A stretch of DNA of 64,000 bases from Thermodesulfobacteriota bacterium (GTDB lineage Bacteria > Desulfobacterota > Desulfobacteria > Desulfobacterales > SURF-7): positions 1-64,000 of the forward strand of contig JBMORA010000024.1 of assembly GCA_049320885.1 (NCBI GenBank), given 5' to 3'. Both the position numbers and the translations under genes were made by a program. This document shows positions 9,134 through 19,132 of this stretch, piece by piece. The notes under the pieces were generated by a model. The model searched no databases and was not told where the DNA came from. It worked only from the letters and a program-made list of their open reading frames with translations. How positions within the stretch are numbered: position 1 is the first letter of the stretch; every line of letters begins with the position of its first letter.

Positions 9134-10471
9134 TCACCGAATCTGGCCCCCGGATATCGTCGTGGCCGGAACCGGCAATTCGGTTCGCTGCGCCCATCGC
9201 AGCAACAGCCGCAGACTGGCGGTTGACGCCAGATTGCCCAGGATCAGTCCCAAGGGTCCGATGAGATGGCCCGGAACCCCGCAGGTCAGTGATACGCCGC
9301 CGGTGATGACCACGGCCCCCATAAAGACGGATTGGCCGGCGATAACCGTCAGGGGCTTGCGGGCCAGACCGGCAAGGCCTTCCCCCTGGGCGCGGACAGC
9401 CACGCAAACCGGGTAGAGAAACAAGGCCAAGGCGGTGAGTCGGATCAAGGGAAGATCGGCCGCCGGTGCATTCTGGAGCTGAACATAATACCATTCGTCC
9501 AGACCCGGAAGGAGAAACAGCAGCGGAATCATCCCCAGGCAACATCCGGCCGAAAGCGCGAACCCCATGGTTCGTCTCCGCTCCCGAATGGAGGTTCCGA
9601 AAGCGAGGACGACTTCCTGAATCCGGGTAGCGCTGTAGGCCACCGGTGTCGCCAGGCCGAGGGCCAGATAATACACCGGCAACATCCGTTCCGTTTCCCC
9701 TGCGCGGGCAATGAAGGCCGAAAGAACGATGGCGGACAGCGACAGCAGATATCCCCCGACGGACAGCGGCAGATTGAAGAAAAAAATATCGCGTTTCCGG
9801 GGCAAATCCCCATCGGCCGGGAGCAGTTCTTTCAGGCACGGAGTCGCCAGCCATCTGGAAACAGCCACTTCCAATCCCACGGGGACGCTCAGGCAGACAA
9901 TCGCCCAGAACGGTCCCACCAGACCCGCCCGGCAAAACACCGGCGCCAACAGAAGCGTCAGGAAAATCCGGAAGACCGTGGCGGCGCTGGCCCGCCCGGT
10001 GAGGCGCCGGTTATACATGGCCACCTGGTACGGAATCCGGATGAAAAACAGGAGCTGCAGGGGGATACTGGCCAAAAGGGTCAGTTGGGCGGGCCCGGCG
10101 ATGGATTCCGGCAAGCCGATCAGCCTGCCGAACAGCAGCTGCGCCGGATACGGCATGCTCAACAGCGACTGGATAGCGATGACCAGGAGGGCGATCCGGA
10201 GGGTCACGACTTGAAAACGGCGAAACCCCTCGCGGCTTCTTCCGTACACCATGCCGGACGCCGTGAGGCCGAATCCGAGCGTGCCGAGAATGAACATCAC
10301 GGTATTGGATTGAGCCAAGCCGGCAAGGTTCAGAGGCCCTCCCTCCCCGCGGGAGACCACCATGGCAGCCAATGGATAGGTCAAACCCTGGGAGGCCGCC
10401 TGGAGGGCCAGGGGCACGAAAAACCGCGCAAACGCATTACCGGAGCATTGGTTCGACGAAACGGTAGTCAT
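9134..10471 (-). CDS. MOP/MATE-superfamily (ANKH-like) membrane exporter
   Basis: About 12 TM helices in two repeats, each starting FF(V/N)xPL; resembles ANKH/MATE N-termini. Confidence 0.65.
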   Translation of the reverse strand: MTTVSSNQCSGNAFARFFVPLALQAASQGLTYPLAAMVVSRGEGGPLNLAGLAQSNTVMFILGTLGFGLTASGMVYGRSREGFRRFQVVTLRIALLVIAIQSLLSMPYPAQLLFGRLIGLPESIAGPAQLTLLASIPLQLLFFIRIPYQVAMYNRRLTGRASAATVFRIFLTLLLAPVFCRAGLVGPFWAIVCLSVPVGLEVAVSRWLATPCLKELLPADGDLPRKRDIFFFNLPLSVGGYLLSLSAIVLSAFIARAGETERMLPVYYLALGLATPVAYSATRIQEVVLAFGTSIRERRRTMGFALSAGCCLGMIPLLFLLPGLDEWYYVQLQNAPAADLPLIRLTALALFLYPVCVAVRAQGEGLAGLARKPLTVIAGQSVFMGAVVITGGVSLTCGVPGHLIGPLGLILGNLASTASLRLLLRWAQRTELPVPATTISGGQIR

Positions 10472-10487
10472 TCAGCGGCTCCGGCTG

Positions 10488-11942
10488 TCATTCCGCTCGC
10501 GGACTTTCTGCCGGAGCCCTCTGTTGCACCACAAATCGGACCCGCACGCTGCCGGACTGACCCGCGGCCAGTTGCAGGGGACTTTCCGGGGCCAGTTTGG
10601 CCGTCCGTTCCCCGTTCATGGAAATATTGTCCAGGAGGACCTTTTCCGTATAGACGGTTTCACATTGATTCAACAGCAGGCTCAATCCACTGATCCGCAC
10701 GGACGCAGGCGACAGGATGACTTCGGTGATAATCAGTTCTTCCGGGAGTTTCCCGACCCAATCCACTTGGACAGCGACTTCCTTGATGATCGGAACGTCC
10801 ACCACCACCTCCACCTTGGGAGGCTCGATCCGGCTGAGTTTGATTCCGGGGGGAAGACTGATGTTATCGGAAGTGAGCAGAAAGGTGTTTTTGCCGATGA
10901 TGGCTTTTCCCAAATCCAGATTGACCTGCACCTGATCCGCCTTCAAAGTGCGAATCAAGGCTCCAGATCCGCTTAACTGCAACTGAATAATATTCGCCGT
11001 GGTCTCGACGATTTCCAATCCCGGCCGGCGGTTGGAATACCGGATGGGGATGTCCAGGCTGATGAGCGTATCCATGCTGCGCGTGAAGCTGGCCCAAATC
11101 CCGGTGATGAACAGAATGGAAAGAACGGCCGCAAGCCTTCTCCGGAATGACTCCCGTTTCAACAGCGTGCGCCCCTGGTCTTTCCTGCCGGTCCGGCCTT
11201 CCAGGATTTGTTCCAGATCCCGGCGCCGCTTGACGGGATGAATCCCGTCCCCCTTGGCGGCGGTGACGGAGCCGGATTCCTCCGATACCGCCACAACCAC
11301 GGCGTCCGAAACCTCCGCCAGTCCTGCCATGGCCCTGTGGCGTGTCCCGAAATGGGCCGGCAGGTCCCGGCGATGGGAGAGTGGCAGAATACAGCCCACC
11401 AGTTCCACCCGGTCGCCCTGGATAATGATGGCGCCGTCATGAACCGGATTGTTGCGCCAAAAGATGGTGCGGATCATTTCCTTGGATATTTTCCCGTGCC
11501 AGGCAATGCCGCCCTGAATCAATTCCGTCAGATTTTCCCGACCGGGAAAGACCACCAATGCCCCGACTTTCAGGAACGACAACTCGAACAGCGCATCGGA
11601 CAGGATATCCACCGGTGTCTCTCTGGTCTGCCGCGGAACGCCCCAGAAAATGCTTCGCAGGTTCTGGGTCTGGAATACGCTGCGGATCTCGTTTCGGAAG
11701 ATGACGATAATGATGATCGCCGCCGCTGCGGTGATGCCCTGGATCAGCCAGCTGGTGACAATCAGGCCCAGATAAATGGCGATCTGCTGAAAAAACCAGA
11801 GCCCGGCGATTCCCAACATGACCCGGAAGGTGTTGGTTCCATGGAAAAGGACATACAGCCGGAACAGGATGTAGCTGTTGATGGCGATATCCAGTAGATC
11901 CTGCCAGCGCAGGCTCGATAGAAAAACCCTGATCTCATCCAT
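10488..11942 (-). CDS. cdaA: Diadenylate cyclase CdaA fused to CdaR/YbbR domains
   Basis: 3 N-terminal TM, HDGA and GTRHRA catalytic motifs, VSEESG, a further TM, then YbbR-type repeats. Confidence 0.9.
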   Translation of the reverse strand: MDEIRVFLSSLRWQDLLDIAINSYILFRLYVLFHGTNTFRVMLGIAGLWFFQQIAIYLGLIVTSWLIQGITAAAAIIIIVIFRNEIRSVFQTQNLRSIFWGVPRQTRETPVDILSDALFELSFLKVGALVVFPGRENLTELIQGGIAWHGKISKEMIRTIFWRNNPVHDGAIIIQGDRVELVGCILPLSHRRDLPAHFGTRHRAMAGLAEVSDAVVVAVSEESGSVTAAKGDGIHPVKRRRDLEQILEGRTGRKDQGRTLLKRESFRRRLAAVLSILFITGIWASFTRSMDTLISLDIPIRYSNRRPGLEIVETTANIIQLQLSGSGALIRTLKADQVQVNLDLGKAIIGKNTFLLTSDNISLPPGIKLSRIEPPKVEVVVDVPIIKEVAVQVDWVGKLPEELIITEVILSPASVRISGLSLLLNQCETVYTEKVLLDNISMNGERTAKLAPESPLQLAAGQSGSVRVRFVVQQRAPAESPRAE

Positions 11943-11948
11943 CTCGGC

Positions 11949-12386
11949 TTAATCCACTAGGCTGAAGCGCAGCACGCGTAAAATCTCCCCGTTCTCGTCG
12001 GTTATCTCCACGCGCCAGGGGCCTTTTTCGGTTTCACGAATCGGCATGCTGCTGAAGGTGGACCATTGGGGGGGCTGCAGCAGCAGCTTGATGTTGGCGA
12101 CGGGGACATCGCGCCGAAACCAGTTATGGAAAACATAGGACTTACTGCGCACCTCATCAAAACCGGAAAAGCAAACCATTTTTTTACGGGATGCGGAAAA
12201 AACCGCGACCGGATTCACCGGCTGACGGTTCTCTATTTTTTCACACATGAAGGCCGACTTCAAGATATACGGCTTGCCGCCGGTCCTTTCCCCGGACGCT
12301 TCCGGCTGCCCGTTCGCGGGATGCCCGAGGGCGCCGCCAATCAGCAGGATGGTGACCAAAACAGAAAAGGTGATCCGCCCCATCAT
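11949..12386 (-). CDS. DUF2914-type periplasmic protein
   Basis: Signal peptide, CEKIENRQP, HNW, WSTFS, GPWRVEITD. Confidence 0.75.
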   Translation of the reverse strand: MMGRITFSVLVTILLIGGALGHPANGQPEASGERTGGKPYILKSAFMCEKIENRQPVNPVAVFSASRKKMVCFSGFDEVRSKSYVFHNWFRRDVPVANIKLLLQPPQWSTFSSMPIRETEKGPWRVEITDENGEILRVLRFSLVD

Positions 12387-12421
12387 CTTGTCGTCCTAAG
12401 AAAGTCCACCCGGAGGAACGG

Positions 12422-13492
12422 TTACATCCATTTGTTTCTCTTAAAATACATCACGATAACCAAGACAATGACCGCCATTAACAACCAGGCCATGGCATAC
12501 CCGTAGGTCCAATCCAGCTCCGGCATGTGTTTGAAGTTCATCCCGTACACGCCGGCGATAAAGGTTACGGGGATGAAAATCGTGGCGATCATGGTCAGCA
12601 CTTTCATCACTTCGTTGGTCCGGTTGCTGATGGTCGACAGGTAAAGGTCGATCATTCCTGAAAGGATATCCCGGAAAGACTCGATGGTATCCAGGATATG
12701 GACGGTATGATCATAGACATCCTGGAGAAACACATGGGTTTCTTTCTGAATGAGATCGGTTTCTCCCTTGGCGAGTTGGTGGACCACTTCCCGCAAGGGC
12801 CAAATCTGCCTGCGCAGGAAAATGGTTTCCCGCTTCATCTCATGAATCGTCTGAATTGTTGTGTTGGTCGGGTTTTCCAGCAGTTCGGTTTCCAGGAGTT
12901 CGATTTTTTCTCCGATGCGTTCAAGGGTTACAAAATAATGATCGACGATGGCGTCCACCAGGGCATAGGCGAGATAGTCGCTGCCACCGTCACGGATTCT
13001 TCCTCGCCCCTTCCGGATCCTTTCGCGAATGGGGTTGAAAATATCGCTTTTCGTTTCCTGGAACGAAACAAGGAAACGGTTTCCCACCAGCAGACTGATC
13101 TGTTCCCCGATGATCAGCCGCTCCGTTTCCCGGAAACTGAGCATTTTCATGACCACATACACATAGGTGCCATAATCTTCGAATTTGGGTCTCTGGCCGG
13201 TGCTGACAATATCTTCCAGGGTCAATGGGTGGATATTGAAGACGGTTCCGACTTGTTCGATAACGCTGAGGTCATGGACACCTTCCACATGGATCCAGAC
13301 CGAGCCGGAAAAATCCTCATGCCGGAGCGCATCCCGGATGGAAACGGCCTCGTACTCCCGGACCTCGCTCGAATGATAGCACATAACGGAAATCCGGACA
13401 GCATCCTTTCCCGCCTCCCCGATATGGACCAGGGTTCCAGGGGAAGACCCGGCTATTTTGGATGTTTTTTTGGTAAACCGAGGCATTGTCAT
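12422..13492 (-). CDS. corA: Mg2+/Co2+ transporter CorA
   Basis: HPLTLED, YGMNF, MPEL motifs, two C-terminal TM. Confidence 0.95.
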   Translation of the reverse strand: MTMPRFTKKTSKIAGSSPGTLVHIGEAGKDAVRISVMCYHSSEVREYEAVSIRDALRHEDFSGSVWIHVEGVHDLSVIEQVGTVFNIHPLTLEDIVSTGQRPKFEDYGTYVYVVMKMLSFRETERLIIGEQISLLVGNRFLVSFQETKSDIFNPIRERIRKGRGRIRDGGSDYLAYALVDAIVDHYFVTLERIGEKIELLETELLENPTNTTIQTIHEMKRETIFLRRQIWPLREVVHQLAKGETDLIQKETHVFLQDVYDHTVHILDTIESFRDILSGMIDLYLSTISNRTNEVMKVLTMIATIFIPVTFIAGVYGMNFKHMPELDWTYGYAMAWLLMAVIVLVIVMYFKRNKWM

Positions 13493-13576
13493 CTTCCGTT
13501 TCTCCCGTCTGGCCGGATCCCATCCACCCAACCGCCAACGGCTGGAACACAATAAGCCTGTTACGGATACACCGCC

Positions 13577-13945
13577 TTATTTTGACATGTTAACAATTTT
13601 TTCCATTTTTTCAGCCGCTGTTTTGCAGACGATACAATGAGTGGCCACCGGTCTTGCGGTCAGGCGTCCGATGGAAATTTCCTCGCCACAGGTTTCACAT
13701 AAGCCATAGGAGCCATCTTCAATCCTTTCCAGGGCATCCTTGATTTTATTAATCAACCTGCTTTCTCGATCCTTGATTCGGAATAAAAATTCCTGGCTGG
13801 CGTCATTGGAGGCCTGATCCACGAGATCGGCATAGGCATTTTCCTGATCTTTCATTCCGGAGACCACTTCCTGACCGCTTTTGGTCAACTCATCCAACTG
13901 CTTCTGTAACAGATCCTTAAAAAATTCCAATTGCTCTTGCTCCAT
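13577..13945 (-). CDS. dksA: RNA polymerase-binding protein DksA
   Basis: DxxDxA coiled-coil tip (DLVDQA), CETC..CIVC zinc finger. Confidence 0.92.
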   Translation of the reverse strand: MEQEQLEFFKDLLQKQLDELTKSGQEVVSGMKDQENAYADLVDQASNDASQEFLFRIKDRESRLINKIKDALERIEDGSYGLCETCGEEISIGRLTARPVATHCIVCKTAAEKMEKIVNMSK

Positions 13946-13996
13946 CTCACACTCCGTTTTATAAAAGTTATGGATGACAAATCCCTTGAGTTTAAT

Positions 13997-14012
13997 TGCA
14001 AATAATATACCA
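13997..14012 (-). promoter_or_regulatory. Putative sigma54 promoter for dksA
   Basis: Minus strand TGGTATATTATTTGCA (GG-N10-GC), about 50 bp upstream of the start. Confidence 0.5.
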
Positions 14013-14069
14013 TGGGTGACCGCCCAGGAAAATGACGCTTTGCATGGGCGCCATCGCAGACGACATCGG

Positions 14070-14579
14070 CTACCGGTGTTTTCCGGAGACCTCCAGCGCA
14101 GCCAGGCGGCAAATGCCCGCAATGATTTTGGGCACATCGTTCCGCGGCCAGATGGGCAGAGCCGTGTGGATGGAATCGTCGGTGATGACCGCCATGATAT
14201 CGTTTCTTTCATAAAAAATCGGGCTGCTCCCCATCTCCTTGCGCCATACTTCGATCTTTTTCCCCGGACCTTCGATAAAGCCTTCCACCAATACCAGATC
14301 GGTTTCCGCGAAAAGCGGGGCGATCACATCCATGGGATGCACATTCTCCCTGCGAGGCAAATAGACCGCCGACTGATCCCGGGCAATAACGGCAACGGGT
14401 TCGGCGCCGGCCATCCGATGGTGATACGAATCCTTTCCCGGCGTATCCAGTTCGTGCGCATGCCCGCTGTGCTTGATGGCGCCGACGCGGAAGCCACGGT
14501 GTTGCATTTCCCGGATCAGTTCGACGATCAGCTTGGTTTTGCCATTGTTTTTTCGGCCAACGATATGAATCAGGTTCAT
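14070..14579 (-). CDS. mobB: Molybdopterin-guanine dinucleotide biosynthesis protein B
   Basis: GRKNNGKT P-loop, IKH, DTPGKDS, VEGF. Confidence 0.92.
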   Translation of the reverse strand: MNLIHIVGRKNNGKTKLIVELIREMQHRGFRVGAIKHSGHAHELDTPGKDSYHHRMAGAEPVAVIARDQSAVYLPRRENVHPMDVIAPLFAETDLVLVEGFIEGPGKKIEVWRKEMGSSPIFYERNDIMAVITDDSIHTALPIWPRNDVPKIIAGICRLAALEVSGKHR

Positions 14580-14806
14580 GTCGATTTCCCGGTTGATTCC
14601 AAAGCGCCGGTTCTGAATTCTGCCAGGCAAAACCGCGACTTTCCCCGTATGCTCCAGGCTGCCTGACAAATAGGCAGAATATTTAAATCATTCTTGTATC
14701 CATGTCAAAAACATTCTGAAGGTCCCCCTGGATTGACAAGCAGGCGCCAATACAGTAGGGAACAATCTGCACGGATGAACATATGACAGTATAAGGAGAT
14801 TCCACT

Positions 14807-15394
14807 ATGCAATCCGATAGTTCCAACCAGAAAATCTGTGGGAAAACCAGGGAGGAATTCTTGAGCGCCATTGAGGCCTTTCACGGTTTCAAGGCCCCGG
14901 GACTGGTCATCGGCGCCTATATGGTCGATCTGGCCCAGCAGCTCCTCGGTCCGGGGATTGAAGCCGATGCCGTCGTGGAATCAAGGCATTGTCTGCCGGA
15001 TGCCGTTCAAATTTTCACGCCCTGTACCATCGGTAATGGCTGGCTGAAAATCGTGGACTGGGATAAATTTGCCTTGACCCTGTATGATCGCCACGGCCTG
15101 AATGGTTGCCGAGTATGGCTCGATATTGAAAAATTGCGTGGATTTTCGAATTTATACAACTGGTACATGCGCCTGGTGCCGAAAAAGTCCCTGCCACTGG
15201 AAGTGTTGCTGGAGGACATCCTCCGGGCGGGGAATACCATCCTGTCCCACCGCCCGGTCACGATGAAGAATCTTCATATCCGGGAGAAAAAAAAGCGGAC
15301 GATGATCTGCCCGTCTTGTGGAGAAGCCCATGGGCAAGACGGCAGCGAACAATGCGCTGCCTGCCGGGGGGATTCCTACTACATCTATTCGTGA
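14807..15394 (+). CDS. FmdE family protein
   Basis: FHGFKAPGLVIG, CLPDAVQ..CTIGN, C-terminal CxxC..CxxC. Confidence 0.88.
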   Translation: MQSDSSNQKICGKTREEFLSAIEAFHGFKAPGLVIGAYMVDLAQQLLGPGIEADAVVESRHCLPDAVQIFTPCTIGNGWLKIVDWDKFALTLYDRHGLNGCRVWLDIEKLRGFSNLYNWYMRLVPKKSLPLEVLLEDILRAGNTILSHRPVTMKNLHIREKKKRTMICPSCGEAHGQDGSEQCAACRGDSYYIYS

Positions 15395-15443
15395 TTTGTA
15401 AAAGCGTTTCGGCCGGACGCACCGAACAATCCTTCCATGGACT

Positions 15444-15496
15444 TTCACGGTGATTGCCGGAGCAGCGGACATGACCGCCCGGCAATCGCCCGTGAA
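15444..15496. repeat. Long imperfect inverted repeat between convergent genes
   Basis: ttcacgg-tgattgccgg ... ccggcaatcg-c-ccgtgaa with inner gcgg/ccgc stem. Confidence 0.6.
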
Positions 15497-15572
15497 TTCG
15501 TTCGCTTCTTAATCCTGCAATCCGGATCCGGATTTCGCGAAAAAGGAAGTGACAAGCCGCAAGGTTCCCGCC

Positions 15573-15890
15573 TTACGATCCGGTGGCCGCCTTTCCGGTT
15601 TTGCCGGATTTTTCGACAACGATTTTTTCTTTATTGATTTCATAAAGCTTTTGGCCGATCCCCTTGACGTTCATGATATCCTCAGGTTGCTTGAACGGCC
15701 CGTTTTTTTGACGATACTCGATGATATTCTGGGCATACTTGAGTCCGATCTTGTCCAGTTTGGCCAGTTCTTCCGCCGAGGCGGTATTGATGTTGATTTT
15801 TTCACTGTCACCAGCCAGCGCCCCTTCCGTCACCATGGCGATCAGAAAAAGCGCGGCAAACAACACCAGGATTTTTTTCGCTGCGTTCAT
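15573..15890 (-). CDS. ComEA family helix-hairpin-helix DNA-binding protein
   Basis: KININTAS..L..IG..A..I..YR..GPF..VKGIG. Confidence 0.92.
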   Translation of the reverse strand: MNAAKKILVLFAALFLIAMVTEGALAGDSEKININTASAEELAKLDKIGLKYAQNIIEYRQKNGPFKQPEDIMNVKGIGQKLYEINKEKIVVEKSGKTGKAATGS

Positions 15891-16349
15891 CTGTTGTCTC
15901 CTTTTTGAGGGTTGTTGAGTGGATACCGGGCACATCGTCCTTCCGAGAATCCGCAATCCCTTCCCCGGGTTTCCATGCGGGGATGAACCCATTGAATTCA
16001 TCGGTGAGACCTTTACGACTTGCCGCCGGTATTCACGGCGAACTGCGCCTGCATGCTTTCTTGAGATAACGATGCTAATGATATGATGCGACAACGGGTG
16101 GCGGGATGCTGCGGAACCATCATTCGCTTTTTCGCAAAATCAACAACGAAACGGCTAGTATCAGTGCCGCTTCCGGTTGTCAATTCTTTTTTTCATCCAC
16201 CCCACCCTGCGGCGCCTCATCCGTTCCCTTGCTTTTCCGGCTTCCTTCATCAAGTGGTTTTTGATATGGTCCTTTTCTGGAACCGCCGGAAGAGACCGCA
16301 AAACGGTTGCCTGGCGTGGTGAACGAATGAAATATCATAGAGGTCATCA

Positions 16350-17147
16350 ATGAACGCCGGCCGCCTGCGCTTCCTCGCAACCCGTTTGGCTCTTGCCCTG
16401 AGTTCCGGCATGTATTCCACCGTAAAGCACGGGCCGTTGGTCGGTCTGCGCTGTTTTCCGTTTCAGGGGGATTTGAACGCGATTCCGGCCGCCGGGTCAT
16501 CTGTTTCAACAACATTGCTGGATCATTTCGTCCCCCAGTTCAATGCATCCTCCTGTTCCGTGGCCTCCACCGCCATCGTATTGAATTCAGCGCGTTCCCT
16601 TATGGGAATAGGGGGAAATGACCACCCGATCACCCAACAACAGATATTGGAAGGCGTTGCGGCCGTCCATTGGAAAGAACGGGTCAGCGAAAATGGCTAT
16701 CAGGGCCGTCGGGGACTGCCCTTGGATTTGCTGGGGGAGGCCGTGGAAGGAGCTTTCCGGCATTTCCATGTCCCCTATCGGGAAATCAGGACGGTTTCCC
16801 TCACCCAGCCGGTCCGCCATGCGAGATTTCGAAAACAAGAGCTGGTCTACAGGCTGCGCCAATTCGCGACCCGCGGCGATTGTTTCATCATCGCGCATTT
16901 CAGCCAGGGAGTTTTTGTCAAGGGTCTTCATCTTCCCCATATCTCTCCCGTGGGCGCCTTTGACGCAAAGCGGAACCGTCTGCTGATTCTGGATGTGGAT
17001 CCGGATCAGGTCTCGCCGTACTGGGTGTCTTTCCAGACTTTTTTTGAAGGTCTGTCCTGGGGATATTGGGGCCTGCTGAGACAATACGGGTATTCAGGCG
17101 GCGGCTATGTCTGGATCCGGATGGAGAGACCTCTTCGGGGATCGTGA
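16350..17147 (+). CDS. Phytochelatin synthase family protein
   Basis: Q...SCSVAS (Cys), HISPVGAFD (His), ILDVD (Asp), YWV, GGY. Confidence 0.85.
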   Translation: MNAGRLRFLATRLALALSSGMYSTVKHGPLVGLRCFPFQGDLNAIPAAGSSVSTTLLDHFVPQFNASSCSVASTAIVLNSARSLMGIGGNDHPITQQQILEGVAAVHWKERVSENGYQGRRGLPLDLLGEAVEGAFRHFHVPYREIRTVSLTQPVRHARFRKQELVYRLRQFATRGDCFIIAHFSQGVFVKGLHLPHISPVGAFDAKRNRLLILDVDPDQVSPYWVSFQTFFEGLSWGYWGLLRQYGYSGGGYVWIRMERPLRGS

Positions 17148-17163
17148 CCCCACCGTGACCTGT

Positions 17164-17922
17164 CTAGGAAAGCCCTCGCTCTTTCTTGACCATTTCATAG
17201 GCTTCCTGGATTTCCCGGAACTTGTCGCCGGCGAATTTAATGAATTCCTCCGGCAGCCCCTTGGCGGCAATTTTATCCGGATGATAATCCTGAACCAGCT
17301 TCCGGTATTGTTTTTTGATGGTATCGTCGGAATCGGTCCTTTCGCAACCCAGAATGCCATAATATTTTTCCGTGTCACTGATATACCGGGACTTCAGCTT
17401 GCGGTATTCGTCTTGGCCATAATGAAAGATGCGAACAGCTTCCAGAATCAGCTTTTCCTCCAGGGGGGTCAATTTCCCGTCGGCAACCGAAACCCGCAGC
17501 ATGATATCGATCATCAGGGAGAGCATCTGGGGCCGGTATTGGAATTGGTGATAAAACTGGCCCGCGAAACTGGCAAAGGTTTCCGGGGATTGCTTGGCAG
17601 CCCAAAAGATATTGACGGCCACGTTCCGGCTTGCCGGATCCAAATTCAGATCGGCCGTCATGAAATGCTCAACCGCCGCGGTTTCCTTTTCGGTTATGCT
17701 TCCGTCGGCTTGGGCGAGCTTGGCCAGCATGGAAAAGGCGGCGACAAAAAATGTCAGCTGTTCCCGTTCGCTTTCCGAAAGGCGGGACACGTTTCCGACG
17801 TCCGGCAACTGCGCCTCGTTCAGATCAAACGCATGGCCGAAGGTCGCTCCGGCGATGGCACCCAAAGGACCACCGATGGCGAACCCGATGGCGCCCCCCA
17901 CAAGTTTTCCAATCCACCCCAT
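17164..17922 (-). CDS. djlA: Co-chaperone DjlA (TerB + J domain)
   Basis: N-terminal Gly-rich TM, AKLAQADG, HPDK J-domain. Confidence 0.92.
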   Translation of the reverse strand: MGWIGKLVGGAIGFAIGGPLGAIAGATFGHAFDLNEAQLPDVGNVSRLSESEREQLTFFVAAFSMLAKLAQADGSITEKETAAVEHFMTADLNLDPASRNVAVNIFWAAKQSPETFASFAGQFYHQFQYRPQMLSLMIDIMLRVSVADGKLTPLEEKLILEAVRIFHYGQDEYRKLKSRYISDTEKYYGILGCERTDSDDTIKKQYRKLVQDYHPDKIAAKGLPEEFIKFAGDKFREIQEAYEMVKKERGLS

Positions 17923-17960
17923 TTTTCACCTGATTTCAAAAAGGTTTCTTTTGTGTAACC

Positions 17961-18950
17961 CTATTGCAGCTCATCGATTTTCTGGACCTTTGATTCCTCG
18001 ATACCAATGATGCCGTCAAATCTCTTGTAGTAAATCACATCGTCGATGCGTTCATAGGTTGGTGTCTGAATTCTCTGGCCGTTCTTCAGAATGATTTCAT
18101 ATTTGTTTTCCTCCGCCTCTGCGGCGGCATCCCTTTTCGCCCCCTGGACAGGGGTAACCGCGGCCCCATTCCCTTGTTCGTACTGGTGGCAGGCCCCCGC
18201 CCATTTCTCCATCGGAATCCGGCCCACCACAATTCCGTCCCTCAGAATGATCCAGATATCGCCGTAATTCATGAAGTCCGGGTATTCGCAAGTGGTTGTG
18301 GCCCGCGGCTGACCGGCGACGGCAATGACTTCGTTCATGGTCATGCCGTCCCGGATCAATTCATCGGCTGTTTTCGTTTTCACCTCGATGAGGTATTGAA
18401 TTTTCTCCAGTTCATCCATCTGGCGGGCTAAAGCCTGCCGTTTCTTGCGCAGCACCAAGGCTTTTTCCCCTTCCGCCAGGGCCAATTCGCTGTGAATCGA
18501 CTTGTATTTCTCTTCTGTTTCCCTCAGACGCAACCGGTCCGCCCTGATTTTTTTCTGGAGTTCTTCATCGGCCTTGATTTCCTTTATCCTTCTGCCGATA
18601 TAATCGGGGTCGACCGCCGCCCGGATGGAAAGCGTCAGCTTCATTCTGCCTTCCTCCAGTTGCCAGAAATCTCCGGCGGTTTCGATTTTCAGCAGGAGGG
18701 ACGAATAGGTATCCATATCCTCCTGATCAAACCAATGATCGTCGCCGACGGCCGATTTGCGCAAATGGAAACCCACCGATTCCAGCAGCAAGTGTTTTGC
18801 TTCCAGGAAACAGATGCGCCGGGCATCATTCCGGCTGTCGTTCTCGCCCAGTTCGACGGTATACTCCGCTGTCATGATTTTTTCTTCGGCAAAGGCACCC
18901 GCGGAAATGCACCACATGACACCCACAAGCAATCCCACAACGCTTTTCAT
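17961..18950 (-). CDS. Hypothetical secreted protein
   Basis: Signal peptide, coiled-coil middle, GMT..EVI...GQP motif. Confidence 0.75.
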   Translation of the reverse strand: MKSVVGLLVGVMWCISAGAFAEEKIMTAEYTVELGENDSRNDARRICFLEAKHLLLESVGFHLRKSAVGDDHWFDQEDMDTYSSLLLKIETAGDFWQLEEGRMKLTLSIRAAVDPDYIGRRIKEIKADEELQKKIRADRLRLRETEEKYKSIHSELALAEGEKALVLRKKRQALARQMDELEKIQYLIEVKTKTADELIRDGMTMNEVIAVAGQPRATTTCEYPDFMNYGDIWIILRDGIVVGRIPMEKWAGACHQYEQGNGAAVTPVQGAKRDAAAEAEENKYEIILKNGQRIQTPTYERIDDVIYYKRFDGIIGIEESKVQKIDELQ

Positions 18951-19132
18951 ATCCGCTATCAAGCTCCCATCATCCGTTCGCGGTTGGCGTAACCCTCAAC
19001 ATGAAAACACCCTATATCCCAAAAACCGGCAGGCGTCAAAATTCTTTGGGATTTGATGTCCGCTGACGGTTATGGTAGATTGTTCCATGGTTAAAAGGAA
19101 AACGCCGCCATCTGGATGCAAATGATCGAGAA

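Noticed and set aside
15444..15496. SRP RNA
   Set aside because: Lacks the conserved domain IV motif (CAGG..GNRA..AGCAG) on either strand
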